From a virus (taxonomy: Duplodnaviria; Caudoviricetes), in IMG/VR virus record IMGVR_UViG_3300021399_000105, positions 1 through 64,000 of that record: a DNA stretch of 64,000 nucleotides; one strand, given 5' to 3'. The notes beneath the pieces were generated by a model, which worked only from the letters and a program-made list of their open reading frames with translations, was not told the origin of the DNA and did no database searches. Made by a program: the position numbers and the translations under genes. Shown here in pieces: positions 41,524 through 52,047 of this stretch (its first letter is position 1; the number at the start of each line of letters is the position of its first letter).

Positions 41524-42327
41524 ATGAAAGATGAACAAATATCAATTATGTGGAACGAATACAAAAATTTATTATTAAAAACAAATAGACACAATATGGA
41601 TAAACTTATAGAGTGGTTGGACAACAGTGATTTTAAAACTGCACCTGCAAGTACTAAATATCATGATTGTCAACCTGGTGGATTACTAAAACATTCGTTA
41701 CAAGTTTATTATAATATGTACGATTACCAACATATGATAAATTATTTTGATATACCTGAAGAATCTATTATAATTATGTCTTTATTGCACGATATATGTA
41801 AAGTTAATTGTTATAAAACAAGTACACGTAATGTTAAAAATGAACAAGGTCAGTGGATAACTGTTCCTTATTATACTTATGAAGAGGACGAGCCTATAGG
41901 ACATGGAGATAAAAGTATTATGCTGATTTATGAGCAAGGTGTTGCTTTATCCAAAATTGAAAGAGCTTGTATACGTAACCATATGGGGTTCTCAGATATT
42001 GAATATACTCCTCGAGTATCTGCTTTATTTTCTAAGTGTCCACAATCTATGATACTATATTTTGCAGATATGCAATCTACGTATATTCAAGGTAGTTTAG
42101 ATTTGCCTCAAAGATTTAAACGTAAGTTATTAGGTAGAAATATTGTAGAATGTAATAACATTGTTAGTAGAGCAAACTTAGAGGAAAATACTTATAGAAA
42201 GGATAATATTACATATACATTAGCACAACCAGATGATGTTGTGGATGGTGTTAAAATTATAAATATTGAGGATAACGGTAATATTATAAAAGTGTATTCC
42301 CCTAATTGTGATGGATTACCTTTTTAA
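41524..42327 (+). CDS. HD-domain phosphohydrolase
   Basis: APASTKYH...GGLLKHSL.V, LLHDICK, GHG.KS, I..HMG, ADM. Confidence 0.9.
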   Translation: MKDEQISIMWNEYKNLLLKTNRHNMDKLIEWLDNSDFKTAPASTKYHDCQPGGLLKHSLQVYYNMYDYQHMINYFDIPEESIIIMSLLHDICKVNCYKTSTRNVKNEQGQWITVPYYTYEEDEPIGHGDKSIMLIYEQGVALSKIERACIRNHMGFSDIEYTPRVSALFSKCPQSMILYFADMQSTYIQGSLDLPQRFKRKLLGRNIVECNNIVSRANLEENTYRKDNITYTLAQPDDVVDGVKIINIEDNGNIIKVYSPNCDGLPF

Positions 42328-42343
42328 ACTGTGAGGTGTTATA

Positions 42344-42982
42344 ATGGATATTTATACATGGACAAAACCTAGTAAAGATGTAAATAGTAAACCTAAGAAG
42401 TCTAAATTAGAGCCTGGTGTTACTATGATAATAGGTAGCAACGGTGTAGGAAAAACTACTTTTTTAAATCAAGTATATTCTATATTTAGTGAACATACGT
42501 GGGAGAAGATTAGTAAGAATGATTTAATACGAGATTTGTATGGTGTTTACTTATATAGTAATGATTATGAAGAAAAATTTGCATGTGATAGTTGGTTAAA
42601 CGGTTCAAATTCAAATAAGTGTTCACTTTTAGCAAGTTATCATGAGGGCTCAGAAGGTCAAAATATGATGTTGTTTTTAGAGCAAAAGATGTATGACATA
42701 GGTAATTTTGTTAGAAAATGTAGACAAGGCAGTAAAAAGGGTGTTATATTACTATTTGATGGATTGGATAGTGGTTTATCTCCAGATAATATAAATATTA
42801 TAAAAACCCAATTATTAGACTTTATTGTTAAAGAAGAAAATAAACTTAATGATGAATTTGAGGTATATATATTATGTACTAGTAACTCATACGAGTTATG
42901 TAGTGGGTATAGATGCTATAGTATAGGGGATTACAAGTATAAGAATGTAAGTTCCTATGAGGAGTTTGTCAGCAATTTCTAA
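42344..42982 (+). CDS. P-loop ATPase (ABC-like)
   Basis: GSNGVGKTT Walker A, SEGQ signature-like segment, LLFDGLDSGLS. Confidence 0.75.
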   Translation: MDIYTWTKPSKDVNSKPKKSKLEPGVTMIIGSNGVGKTTFLNQVYSIFSEHTWEKISKNDLIRDLYGVYLYSNDYEEKFACDSWLNGSNSNKCSLLASYHEGSEGQNMMLFLEQKMYDIGNFVRKCRQGSKKGVILLFDGLDSGLSPDNINIIKTQLLDFIVKEENKLNDEFEVYILCTSNSYELCSGYRCYSIGDYKYKNVSSYEEFVSNF

Positions 42983-43070
42983 AAATATATTTTTCAACTA
43001 ACCATCAGGATAGATGTAAAAACCACTTTGAAGGAAACAAAGCACAAACCAACAATATTTTATTTTTATT

Positions 43071-43104
43071 AAATAAGTAGTTTTTAAGCACTACTTATTT
43101 TTTT
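43071..43104 (+). terminator. Intrinsic terminator
   Basis: AAATAAGTAG...CTACTTATTT followed by a T run. Confidence 0.7.
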
Positions 43105-43135
43105 AATTTTTTTTAATTTTTTTTTACTAAAACTA

Positions 43136-43164
43136 TTTACATTTTTTAAAATATACTTTATAAT
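43136..43164 (+). promoter_or_regulatory. Host sigma-A-type (early) promoter
   Basis: TTTACA-N17-TATAAT with T-tracts upstream, about 30 nt before the AGGAGG/ATG of 43196. Confidence 0.75.
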
Positions 43165-43195
43165 GTTGATATAAAATAAATAGGAGGTAGTACAA

Positions 43196-43444
43196 ATGAA
43201 GAATATGAGATGTACAAAAAGAAAAAATAATAAAGTTATGGAGGTTGTTTTAAGTATACTATTATTAGTAATATTTCTTGTAGCATTAGATAATTTGATA
43301 ACATATCCAGAGAAATATTTTTCTACATGGAGATATCAATTAAAATTAAAGATAGATAGTGGAGACGAGCAAGCTATAAATTATTACAAAACCAATTACA
43401 CTGAAAGGGGAATATACTTATATGGAGAGTATACAGATAAGTAA
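43196..43444 (+). CDS. Small membrane protein
   Basis: AGGAGG RBS; hydrophobic VVLSILLLVIFLVAL. Confidence 0.65.
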   Translation: MKNMRCTKRKNNKVMEVVLSILLLVIFLVALDNLITYPEKYFSTWRYQLKLKIDSGDEQAINYYKTNYTERGIYLYGEYTDK

Positions 43445-43743
43445 ACAACTACTTAATAATATTGTAAACATGCAAGAACGTTTAAAGAATTTTAAAGCAG
43501 TATCTTGTTTAGATGTACAATATCAGTTTATAACAAAAAATCTAATTAAGGGTATGTTAGGTCGGAACTAAGATAAATGATTTAATCTTAAATGGAGATA
43601 ATGGGTATACTTTAATTGATAATATTTATGATTTAATAGATGATTATGTAGATAGTTCGTATCGTATGGAAACTCTTATAAATCTATTGCTTAGTGTATT
43701 AAATAATAATAAACTTGGATATAGTTTTAGCTTTGTAGACTAA
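43422..43743 (+). CDS. Hypothetical protein; +1 shift at CGG 43563-43565
   Basis: Frame from ATG 43422 stops two codons after CGG. The +1 frame has 59 further sense codons ending at TAA 43743, filling an apparent gap in the ORF track. Confidence 0.55.
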
Positions 43744-43824
43744 ATTTTTGTAATATAAAGATGTTAATAAATAGTAGGAATCATATTTCCTACTATTTTA
43801 TTTTTCTTTAGAAAGGAGTATTAT

Positions 43825-44709
43825 ATGACACCCATTAAAATTAAGTTCGGTACTGGAAATAGAATTACGATACCTAAAGAATTATGTAATCAATTAAAGT
43901 TTAATGTTGGAGATAATTTATTTGCTATAGTACAAGATAATAATTTAATTATAACTAGCGACTTACCTAGTGATTTAAATAAGGAAAGTGATGATAAATC
44001 AGATAATCTATTAAATTCAAAAACTGAATCGTCTAATATATCAATTAGACCTGTGAATACAGAAAATAAAAATACATCATCTAGAATTGTTATTAAATCT
44101 AATTTACAAGACAAAGGTAAGTTCAAACACGAAAAATATAGTGATTGTAATTTAGTTATAAGGACAAAACAGAAATATATTGAAGCATTTTGCAGTGTTT
44201 GTAAAGGTCAATTAGTTAAAGATGATTCATCTAGACATTGTAGATATAAAGTAAATAAACAATCTACTTTAGAGAGTGATTACGTAAGTAGTGAATATAA
44301 CAAACAACAAAGTATAAACACTAATACTGAATTACAGGACAAAGAATCGTTGCAACAACAAAATAATGAAGTTTTAAATGATTCAAATCTAAAGGATAAA
44401 TTAACAGACATACTTAATACAAATAAAGTTATTACTGCCGACATATATAAAAAATTAAGTGATTTAAAAAGTAATACAACAAGTAATACTACATTTGTAA
44501 AAAATAGCGTTAAATCTAAACCTAGTACGAATATCGGATATTATAGGAGTAGTAACACAATGTTAAAACCTGTGAAGTTAAAAGATTATGATTCATGTAG
44601 TAAATGTCATTTGTTTTTTAATAAAGGATTTCTAATTGATGATGTATTTTATTGTAAAGATTGTACTGTTAAAGATTTTAAGAATTATGTATCTAAATTA
44701 AAATATTAA
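43825..44709 (+). CDS. AbrB/MazE/SpoVT-type DNA-binding domain protein with C-terminal Cys cluster
   Basis: NRITIPKELCNQLKFNVGDNL....QDNNLII; CSKC...FYCKDC. Confidence 0.7.
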   Translation: MTPIKIKFGTGNRITIPKELCNQLKFNVGDNLFAIVQDNNLIITSDLPSDLNKESDDKSDNLLNSKTESSNISIRPVNTENKNTSSRIVIKSNLQDKGKFKHEKYSDCNLVIRTKQKYIEAFCSVCKGQLVKDDSSRHCRYKVNKQSTLESDYVSSEYNKQQSINTNTELQDKESLQQQNNEVLNDSNLKDKLTDILNTNKVITADIYKKLSDLKSNTTSNTTFVKNSVKSKPSTNIGYYRSSNTMLKPVKLKDYDSCSKCHLFFNKGFLIDDVFYCKDCTVKDFKNYVSKLKY

Positions 44710-44723
44710 GGAGGTATAATTAA

Positions 44724-45815
44724 ATGTTTGATAATATGTTAATTAAAAAAATAAAACCAAATAAAGTTGTTTGGCGAAGACCAGATAGGTTAACTATAGA
44801 GTTAGACGAAGATAATATTGTAGAATCAGAGTTATATAAAGGAGCCTTAGAAGACATACACAAAACGTTAGGTTTTAAAATACCAACTAGTAAGGATGTA
44901 TATAAATTAAATCATGATATCTGGAATGAATTACGTGATTACACTATATCTGAGTTAGAAAACAATACAAATAAAAAGTTTGATTTAAATAATATATATT
45001 ATTTAATGGACGATTCTTACAATGTTGTTGACGTAACTACGTTTGATAATTTAGAAGATGAAGTTAAATTTGATGAATGTTTAAAAAAATATACAGCTGA
45101 TATAACAACATTTGAAAGAACAAGAAAGTTTTATAGTGATTGTAAAGATGGTACTGTAAAATTGGTTTGTTATGATAGTAATGACGATATAACAACTAAA
45201 GATTATGTTCCTGTTGTTATTCTAGAATTTAATACAGAAAAAGCTGTTTATAAAGTATACACAGGTATACTTGTATATACCAATTTTACCTTTATTCCTA
45301 ATGTTGGTACTTATGGTGAGTACAATAATATAAAAAGTGTTATATTACATTTAGATATTTCTAAAGTATTACAGTTTGCTAAGGAATCTGCATTAGATTT
45401 ATACAATCAATATTTAGAGTTTGTTAAGGATAATGAGGAAATATCAGTTAGAGAACTTATGCGTTTATTGGATAAGTTTGGGTACAAATTACAACTAAAT
45501 ACATCAGATAATATAGATGATATTTCAAATATTACAGATGAAACAGCAGTTAAGGAGATACAGGACTTTTTCAATACTTTTTCTATAGTGACTGGAGAGA
45601 CTGCTTTAGATGTAATTAAATTACCTGAACTACAAAAAATATTTAAGTACAATAATTTAACTTTTGTACAATTGTTACATATTTTATCAAAGGAGTATCT
45701 AACGTTTGAAGGTTCTAAAATACGTATGGATGATATAATAAATATAGTGTTTAAATTATTTAGTAAATCCACAGATACTAATAATGTTGATAGTATTAAG
45801 CGAGTAATAAAGTAG
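44724..45815 (+). CDS. Hypothetical protein
   Basis: 363-aa ORF with AAGGAGG RBS. Confidence 0.65.
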   Translation: MFDNMLIKKIKPNKVVWRRPDRLTIELDEDNIVESELYKGALEDIHKTLGFKIPTSKDVYKLNHDIWNELRDYTISELENNTNKKFDLNNIYYLMDDSYNVVDVTTFDNLEDEVKFDECLKKYTADITTFERTRKFYSDCKDGTVKLVCYDSNDDITTKDYVPVVILEFNTEKAVYKVYTGILVYTNFTFIPNVGTYGEYNNIKSVILHLDISKVLQFAKESALDLYNQYLEFVKDNEEISVRELMRLLDKFGYKLQLNTSDNIDDISNITDETAVKEIQDFFNTFSIVTGETALDVIKLPELQKIFKYNNLTFVQLLHILSKEYLTFEGSKIRMDDIINIVFKLFSKSTDTNNVDSIKRVIK

Positions 45816-45827
45816 GTGTTATGATAT

Positions 45828-46274
45828 ATGGCATTTTCTATGACAAAAGTTAACTATAAAAAGACGAATATAAAACAAATAGCTAGTGACTGTTTTAGAT
45901 TTATAAGAGAACATGTTTTACTAACAGATAATATTAGATATGCTTTAAATGCTTATGTTAATTATAGGTTAAAACATCGATATAATCATTTAAGTGTAGA
46001 AACTTTAAATACGCTAATTATAAATTTACTTGAGTATAGTTGTGGTAAAGAATATATTAAATTGTGTAAACAAGATGTTATAAATAATGAAATACAAATT
46101 ATATTTGAAATTAAAAAGGCTATAAAATACGGTGCAACTAAGTGTTTATATTATTCTAATATTATAAATTTGGATAAATTTGTAGATGGAGAGGAATGTG
46201 TACAATATCCGAAGTTTAAACAGAATTATACAATAAAAGATGTTGAAGATTATTTTTCGGATATTGTAGTGTAG
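45828..46274 (+). CDS. Hypothetical protein (replication cluster)
   Basis: ORF upstream of the loader and helicase genes. Confidence 0.55.
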   Translation: MAFSMTKVNYKKTNIKQIASDCFRFIREHVLLTDNIRYALNAYVNYRLKHRYNHLSVETLNTLIINLLEYSCGKEYIKLCKQDVINNEIQIIFEIKKAIKYGATKCLYYSNIINLDKFVDGEECVQYPKFKQNYTIKDVEDYFSDIVV

Positions 46275-46282
46275 AATGAACT

Positions 46283-46930
46283 ATGAATGTAAAAAACTTT
46301 GTAAATGAAATGAACGTTAATAATACATATAAACAGTTCGTTGAAAATAAATATAATAATTACATACAGTATAGTCAAATTCCTAGTTCTTATTTAGTTG
46401 AGGTTAATACTAAGTCTTTAACTAAAAATTTTAGCGTTATATATAGAGATATACAGGAAATTGTTAATGATAACTATAGTTTATTGTTTGTAAATGTATC
46501 TTTCATGGATGGTAATTATCTATCATCGTTGTTATTAGATAAATATTTTGTAGATAGCTTAAATAATAACGAACTTTATTTAAAGACAGTTTTATGTGTG
46601 GATACTGTTTTACTATTAGAAGATTATTTAAAACATATGGAAAACAGTGTTAATCCACATTATAATTACTCTCCAGCAGTTTTATTTAATTATATAGAAA
46701 CAGCAGATTTTGTAATATGGAATAGGTTTAATAATTTGGGTAGTAAGGAATACAAGAAGAATAAATTTTTAAATATAGTGGAAACGAGAAAACGACAAGG
46801 ATTGGGTAATTTGTTTTTAACAGAACAGAATTTATCGGAGTTCAAAATACCTGAAAATGTAGAATTATGCAGAGCAATACAGCCGGACATAATTGTAAAC
46901 TGTGAGTTTGACAAACTAGAATTACTTTAA
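46283..46930 (+). CDS. Degenerate DnaC/IstB-like helicase loader
   Basis: SQIP..Y; IETADFVIW..F; NIVETRKRQGLGNLFLT resembles the DnaC C-terminal pattern; no intact Walker A; directly before dnaB. Confidence 0.45.
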   Translation: MNVKNFVNEMNVNNTYKQFVENKYNNYIQYSQIPSSYLVEVNTKSLTKNFSVIYRDIQEIVNDNYSLLFVNVSFMDGNYLSSLLLDKYFVDSLNNNELYLKTVLCVDTVLLLEDYLKHMENSVNPHYNYSPAVLFNYIETADFVIWNRFNNLGSKEYKKNKFLNIVETRKRQGLGNLFLTEQNLSEFKIPENVELCRAIQPDIIVNCEFDKLELL

Positions 46931-46950
46931 ATACGAGAGGAAAAGAACAG

Positions 46951-48216
46951 ATGGATAGAAATGCTATAGAAAGAGCTTTACTTTTGAATGTTGTTAGAAA
47001 TAAGAATTGGGAAATACTTATAGTAAATAATATATCTGTAGATTACTTTTTATTTCCAAATAAAAAGTTATTTGAGTATATTCATAGTTATACAATTAGA
47101 AATGAATATCCAGATATACAGATAATATGTTATAACTACGAAATATCTGAAGATGAATTACAAAGTTATATTCAAATTACAGATATGCAGGGGTTATGTA
47201 ATACAATTAAAAATGAGTATTTAAAAGAGCATTTGAGATATGAAGTAGGTAAGTTAAATGAATTTTCAGATGAGATGGAAACGTCTCCTATTGATTACAT
47301 ATCTAGAATTGGTAGTGTTTATGATAATTTGAAAGTGTTGGGGTATAAAGATAAGACTGTGGGTTTATTTGATAAAATAGAAGATATACTTAATATAGAT
47401 TCTTCTGATGTTATTAGTACGGGATTTAAGGAATTAGATGATATACTAATTGGCTGGAAACGTGGAGAAGAATTAGCTGTTTTTGTAGCTAGAACTGGTC
47501 AAGGTAAAAGTTGGATGGGATTAAAATTTGCCTTATCTGCGGCGTTACAAGGTGAGCGAGTTGGTATATACTCTGGAGAAATGAGTATTCAACAGTTACA
47601 GGAAAGAATAATATGTTGTGCTAAACCAAAGTATACATCCTCTAGTGAAGAAGCTTTAGAGTTTATTAAATCCAAAAATCCGTATATACAAGTATTAACT
47701 CAAAAGGAACTTAGACGAAAGGCTAATGTAAACGACATTGAGGAAATGATAGTTACAAATAATTTAACTTTAGTAGTTATTGACCAACTGTCGTTAATGG
47801 AGGATGTTACAAGTAAACTAGGTACACCATTAAGACAACAGTACGGTAATATAAGTAATGATTTATTTGCACTAACTTCAAGATATAATTGTCCTATAAT
47901 TTTGTTAGCACAAAGTAATAGAGCTGGAGCTAATATAGAAGGAGGTCCACAATTAGATAATATTGCAGAATCTGATGCGGTAGCACAAAACGCAACTAGA
48001 GTTCTTACAATGAAGAATGAGAATGGTACACTAACTATGTCTGTTGTTAAAAACAGATATGGTCAGAGTGGAGGTACTTTAAAATACGATATAGATTATG
48101 GTGTAAATAAATATAGATATATACAAGACCAACAAAGTTTGTTTGGTACTAAAAGTACTACACAAACTAGAAGGCAAAATATGATGAATAAGTTTGGAGG
48201 TAAAAGTCCATTTTAA
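46951..48216 (+). CDS. dnaB: DnaB-like replicative helicase
   Basis: STGFKELD, ARTGQGKS, SGEMS, VIDQLSLM, LAQSNR, IAESDAVAQNA, KNRYG. Confidence 0.93.
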   Translation: MDRNAIERALLLNVVRNKNWEILIVNNISVDYFLFPNKKLFEYIHSYTIRNEYPDIQIICYNYEISEDELQSYIQITDMQGLCNTIKNEYLKEHLRYEVGKLNEFSDEMETSPIDYISRIGSVYDNLKVLGYKDKTVGLFDKIEDILNIDSSDVISTGFKELDDILIGWKRGEELAVFVARTGQGKSWMGLKFALSAALQGERVGIYSGEMSIQQLQERIICCAKPKYTSSSEEALEFIKSKNPYIQVLTQKELRRKANVNDIEEMIVTNNLTLVVIDQLSLMEDVTSKLGTPLRQQYGNISNDLFALTSRYNCPIILLAQSNRAGANIEGGPQLDNIAESDAVAQNATRVLTMKNENGTLTMSVVKNRYGQSGGTLKYDIDYGVNKYRYIQDQQSLFGTKSTTQTRRQNMMNKFGGKSPF

Positions 48217-49196
48217 GAGAGCAAATTGATGAACAATTTATTTTAGATTTAAGTAATTATATATTTGGAAAAGTAAGCATTCGATACTTTAAACATATAA
48301 GACAGGTATCCGATAATATTATTGTAACATGTCCATTTCATAAGGGTGGACAGGAGCGTAAACCTAGTGCTTCTATTAGAACTACTAATGGTCAAGGTAC
48401 TTTTATAGGTAATTTTCACTGTTTTACCTGTGGTGAGTCTATGTCCTTAGATGTTGTAGTACAACGATTGTTAGGTAGCTACTATAATGAAAATGAGGTT
48501 GAAGCTTTATTTGGATTGAAAACTTTATTAGCAAAAGCATCATTTTTAAAACCTGCTAAAACTAATTTGTTTGATATGCCTAAAAAATTATCTAGACAAG
48601 AGGCAGTATTGAGTAAATATAGATATTACTGTACTTATTTACAACAAAGGGGAATTAGTGAGAGAACAGCTGATAAGTATGACATTGGTTTTGACGAAAC
48701 CAACCAACAAATTACTTTTCCATTACGAGATATCAATGGTAATACTTTGGGTATTGGTAGACGAAGTGTAATACATAAGAGATATGAATATCCTCAAGGT
48801 ATGGTAAAACCTTTATATGGTATTTATGAACTGCCTCAAAAGATACGTAGTTTATTCATTGTGGAAGGTCCTTTTAATTTGTGGAGTTTATCGGAGTGGG
48901 GCAAAAATGGCGTTGCTCTATTAGGTACAGGAACAAATATACAATATACCCAGTTGCTTAAGCTATATGTGGATAATTATGTGTTAGCATTAGACCCAGA
49001 TGATGCAGGTAGACGAGGTATAAAAAAGCTAATTAAATTTTTAGTTAGCAATCATAAATTTAATATATTTGTTATGCTATTGTCCAATGGCAGAGATATA
49101 AATGATTTAACTGAAGATGAATTTAAAAATACAGAAGTTATTTATTACAGGAATTGGTTAAGTTTATTTAATGGAGGTAATGATGAAGATATTTAA
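48210..49196 (+). CDS. dnaG: DNA primase (CHC2 zinc finger + TOPRIM), probably with an ATT start
   Basis: The in-frame extension upstream of 48441 contains CPFH...ERKPS...HCFTCG; TOPRIM VEG..N, DPDDAGR, DIND. The frame opens at 48204 with no ATG/GTG/TTG before the zinc finger; GGAGG precedes ATT 48210. Confidence 0.88.
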   Translation: MLREQIDEQFILDLSNYIFGKVSIRYFKHIRQVSDNIIVTCPFHKGGQERKPSASIRTTNGQGTFIGNFHCFTCGESMSLDVVVQRLLGSYYNENEVEALFGLKTLLAKASFLKPAKTNLFDMPKKLSRQEAVLSKYRYYCTYLQQRGISERTADKYDIGFDETNQQITFPLRDINGNTLGIGRRSVIHKRYEYPQGMVKPLYGIYELPQKIRSLFIVEGPFNLWSLSEWGKNGVALLGTGTNIQYTQLLKLYVDNYVLALDPDDAGRRGIKKLIKFLVSNHKFNIFVMLLSNGRDINDLTEDEFKNTEVIYYRNWLSLFNGGNDEDI

Positions 49197-50019
49197 GTCT
49201 ATAACACCAGAATATTTGGAGCAGTTAGGTAAGCAGTGTTATGAGGATGATAGAAATTATCCTGAAAATTTTTCTAATTGGTATACACATATTGTTGATT
49301 TTGGAAAATTTAAACACGCAAATATAATATCCAATCAAATATTTTCTTATGAAGAAGTGAAGTTAATGCAAAAAACGGATAATATAAAAGATGTTGATTG
49401 GAATACGTTAACAGATATACTAAAACCTACACTTTTTAAGATGGAGAGAGGTAAATTATATAATATTAAAAATGGAAGTTATAGCAATAAGTTTGATTTT
49501 CAAACATGTGTAACGGATAAATTACACTTAGCAGAAAACTTATGGAAAATAAACTATATGTCTCACCTATATGATACACAAGGATATACAGAATTAGTAG
49601 TTAGAGAATATATACCTTTTGATGAAAAATCTGTAGGTACTATTTATAATGGTATGCCTTTAAGGACGGAAGTTCGTGTATTTTATAATTTAGATAATAA
49701 GTGTATAGAGTATATGGTAGATTATTGGGATTATAACTATTGTTATAAGCATCTTACAAGTTTAAATGATAAAGTTATATTTAATTGGTTTCATCGAGAA
49801 ACATTTCATGAATCAACACTTAATTATGTACAATCCAAAATTTTAGAGTATATTGATACTTTACAGTTTGATGATAAGTTACAAGGTATTTGGTCTATTG
49901 ATTTTATGTATGAGGATAGCTCTGATGATATATATTTAATTGATATGGCTCGTGGGTTTAGGTCTGCTTATTGGAATCCAGGTAAGTTAAGGGAGAGTGG
50001 TATAGATGGGAATGTTTGA
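49171..50019 (+). CDS. ATP-grasp-like protein
   Basis: VVREYI, TEVRVF, WSIDFM, IYLIDM patterns. Confidence 0.5.
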   Translation: MEVMMKIFKSITPEYLEQLGKQCYEDDRNYPENFSNWYTHIVDFGKFKHANIISNQIFSYEEVKLMQKTDNIKDVDWNTLTDILKPTLFKMERGKLYNIKNGSYSNKFDFQTCVTDKLHLAENLWKINYMSHLYDTQGYTELVVREYIPFDEKSVGTIYNGMPLRTEVRVFYNLDNKCIEYMVDYWDYNYCYKHLTSLNDKVIFNWFHRETFHESTLNYVQSKILEYIDTLQFDDKLQGIWSIDFMYEDSSDDIYLIDMARGFRSAYWNPGKLRESGIDGNV

Positions 50020-50554
50020 TTATGTAGGTACAAGTATTTTAAAACATATCAATACGAATTGTAAAGTATGTGGGTGTTCTTTAACAGATTGGCAAACTAA
50101 ACATTTCTCTAATATATTACAAATTATTGAAATTAGTGATTTGCTTGAAGATGAGCAATTTGAAATACACACAATTTGTGATAATTGTGGTAGTTATGAG
50201 TCTATACAATTAAAGTACCGACCAGTTTTAGAACTAGTTGATATAGATGTAAAAGATGTGGATATTTACAATAATTATGAGAAAATTGTATATACAGACG
50301 ATTTAGTTAGTGTAGCTATAAATAATGTAAACACTATAAAGAATTTGACTTTAACTGTTTATTGTGTTGGTAATAACTCAATTTTGGGTTATATTAAATA
50401 TAAAGGTAATCTTAAATTAAAGTTGTGTGTTAAAGATAACGTAGATTTATCATTTAATATATTAAATAACATTACTAAGTATATGTACAATTTAGAATTA
50501 GAATTACTGCAGAAAGGAGGTATCTATAATGTCAAAGTGGATTATTCAGAATGA
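50006..50554 (+). CDS. Hypothetical protein with Zn-ribbon
   Basis: MGMFDYV...CKVCG....WQTK...CDNCG. Confidence 0.6.
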   Translation: MGMFDYVGTSILKHINTNCKVCGCSLTDWQTKHFSNILQIIEISDLLEDEQFEIHTICDNCGSYESIQLKYRPVLELVDIDVKDVDIYNNYEKIVYTDDLVSVAINNVNTIKNLTLTVYCVGNNSILGYIKYKGNLKLKLCVKDNVDLSFNILNNITKYMYNLELELLQKGGIYNVKVDYSE

Positions 50555-50750
50555 AGCAGATGATTTAACTGATATACAAGTAGTTAACTACATAGAGGAT
50601 GTCATAATGGCAGGTAAAATATCCACTACTAAAACGGGACCACAATATTGTTTTGTAACAAGGATAAATGATAACTATATTGTTACTTGTGATAAAACAG
50701 ATTATGGATATAAGTTTATTATATATAAGGAGGAGTTAAATAATGGATGA
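50529..50750 (+). CDS. Hypothetical protein
   Basis: AAAGGAGG RBS. Confidence 0.6.
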   Translation: MSKWIIQNEADDLTDIQVVNYIEDVIMAGKISTTKTGPQYCFVTRINDNYIVTCDKTDYGYKFIIYKEELNNG

Positions 50751-52047
50751 ACAAAGTTATGAATATTGGATTACTCAAGAACAGAACAGACAGAATAATA
50801 ACTGTGAGTTAATAGCCAGTGAAAACTTTTGTAGTGAGCGAGTACGACAAGCTTGTGGTTCTATATTAACTAATAAATATGCTGAGGGGTATCCAAATAA
50901 AAGATATTATGGGGGTTGTAAATACATTGATGAAATTGAATCTAAAGCTATAAAGGATGCTTGTAGATTATTTAATTGTTTTTACGCTAATGTACAACCA
51001 CATTGTGGTAGCAGTGCTAATCAAGCTGTGTATAGAGCACTACTAAATAAAGGTGATACTGTTTTAGGTATGGATTTGGGTGCTGGAGGTCATTTAACTC
51101 ACGGTCATAAAATGAGTTTTAGCGGTCAAGATTATAATATTGTTAGTTACGGATTGGATGAAGATGGTATAATAGATTATGATGATATACAAGATTTATT
51201 GTGGAAACATAAACCTAGAATGTTATTAGTTGGAGCTAGTTCTTATTCCAGAATTATAGATTACGGTAAGATAAGACATTTTTTAGATGCATATAATGAG
51301 GATTTATTAGACGATATTTTAGAACAATCTAATCTAACAGACGAAGAGGTTAAACAAAGATTTTCTGAAACTAAATGTTATTTAGTTGTTGATATGGCAC
51401 ATGTTGCTGGTTTAGTAGCAGCAAGATTACATCCAAATCCTTGTGATTATGCAGATGTAGTAACTAGTACTACACATAAAACATTAAGAGGTCCAAGAGG
51501 TGGAATAATTTTATGGAATAACGACGAGTATACAAAAAAGATTAATTCTGCTGTATTTCCAGGTATACAAGGTGGTCCGTTAGAACATATAATTGCTGCA
51601 AAAGGTATATGTTTCGAAGAAGCTAGAACTGCTGAATTTAAACAATATGCTAAACAAGTTATAGATAATGCTAAAGCGTTTTCACAAACATTTATAGATA
51701 ATGGTTGGAAAGTTATATCTAACGGAACAGATAATCATATGTTCGTTTTAGACGTATATCATTCAATTGGATTAACAGGTAAAGAGGTGGAATTAGAGTT
51801 AGATGAGATAAATGTAACTGTTAATAAAAATCAAATACCTAATGATGAATTACCTCCATTAAAGTCATCTGGAGTAAGAATAGGTACACCTGCAATGACA
51901 ACTAAAGGATTTAAACAAGAACAATTTATACAGTTAGCAAATATAATAATAGAATTTTTAAATAAAATAAAACAGAATAAAGATGAGGATATATATAATA
52001 CATATAAACAGCGTGTAAAGGATTTAATTAAGTCAGTAAATAACTAA
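50743..52047 (+). CDS. glyA: Serine hydroxymethyltransferase
   Basis: LIASEN, NKYAEGYP.KRYYGG, GGHLTHG, DMAHVAGL, STTHKTLRGPRGG (PLP lysine), SGVRIGTPA. Confidence 0.97.
   Translation: MDEQSYEYWITQEQNRQNNNCELIASENFCSERVRQACGSILTNKYAEGYPNKRYYGGCKYIDEIESKAIKDACRLFNCFYANVQPHCGSSANQAVYRALLNKGDTVLGMDLGAGGHLTHGHKMSFSGQDYNIVSYGLDEDGIIDYDDIQDLLWKHKPRMLLVGASSYSRIIDYGKIRHFLDAYNEDLLDDILEQSNLTDEEVKQRFSETKCYLVVDMAHVAGLVAARLHPNPCDYADVVTSTTHKTLRGPRGGIILWNNDEYTKKINSAVFPGIQGGPLEHIIAAKGICFEEARTAEFKQYAKQVIDNAKAFSQTFIDNGWKVISNGTDNHMFVLDVYHSIGLTGKEVELELDEINVTVNKNQIPNDELPPLKSSGVRIGTPAMTTKGFKQEQFIQLANIIIEFLNKIKQNKDEDIYNTYKQRVKDLIKSVNN

Noticed and set aside
42985-43060. C-rich intergenic stretch after the ATPase gene as a possible small RNA
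   Set aside because: I could not find a convincing fold, promoter or second copy.
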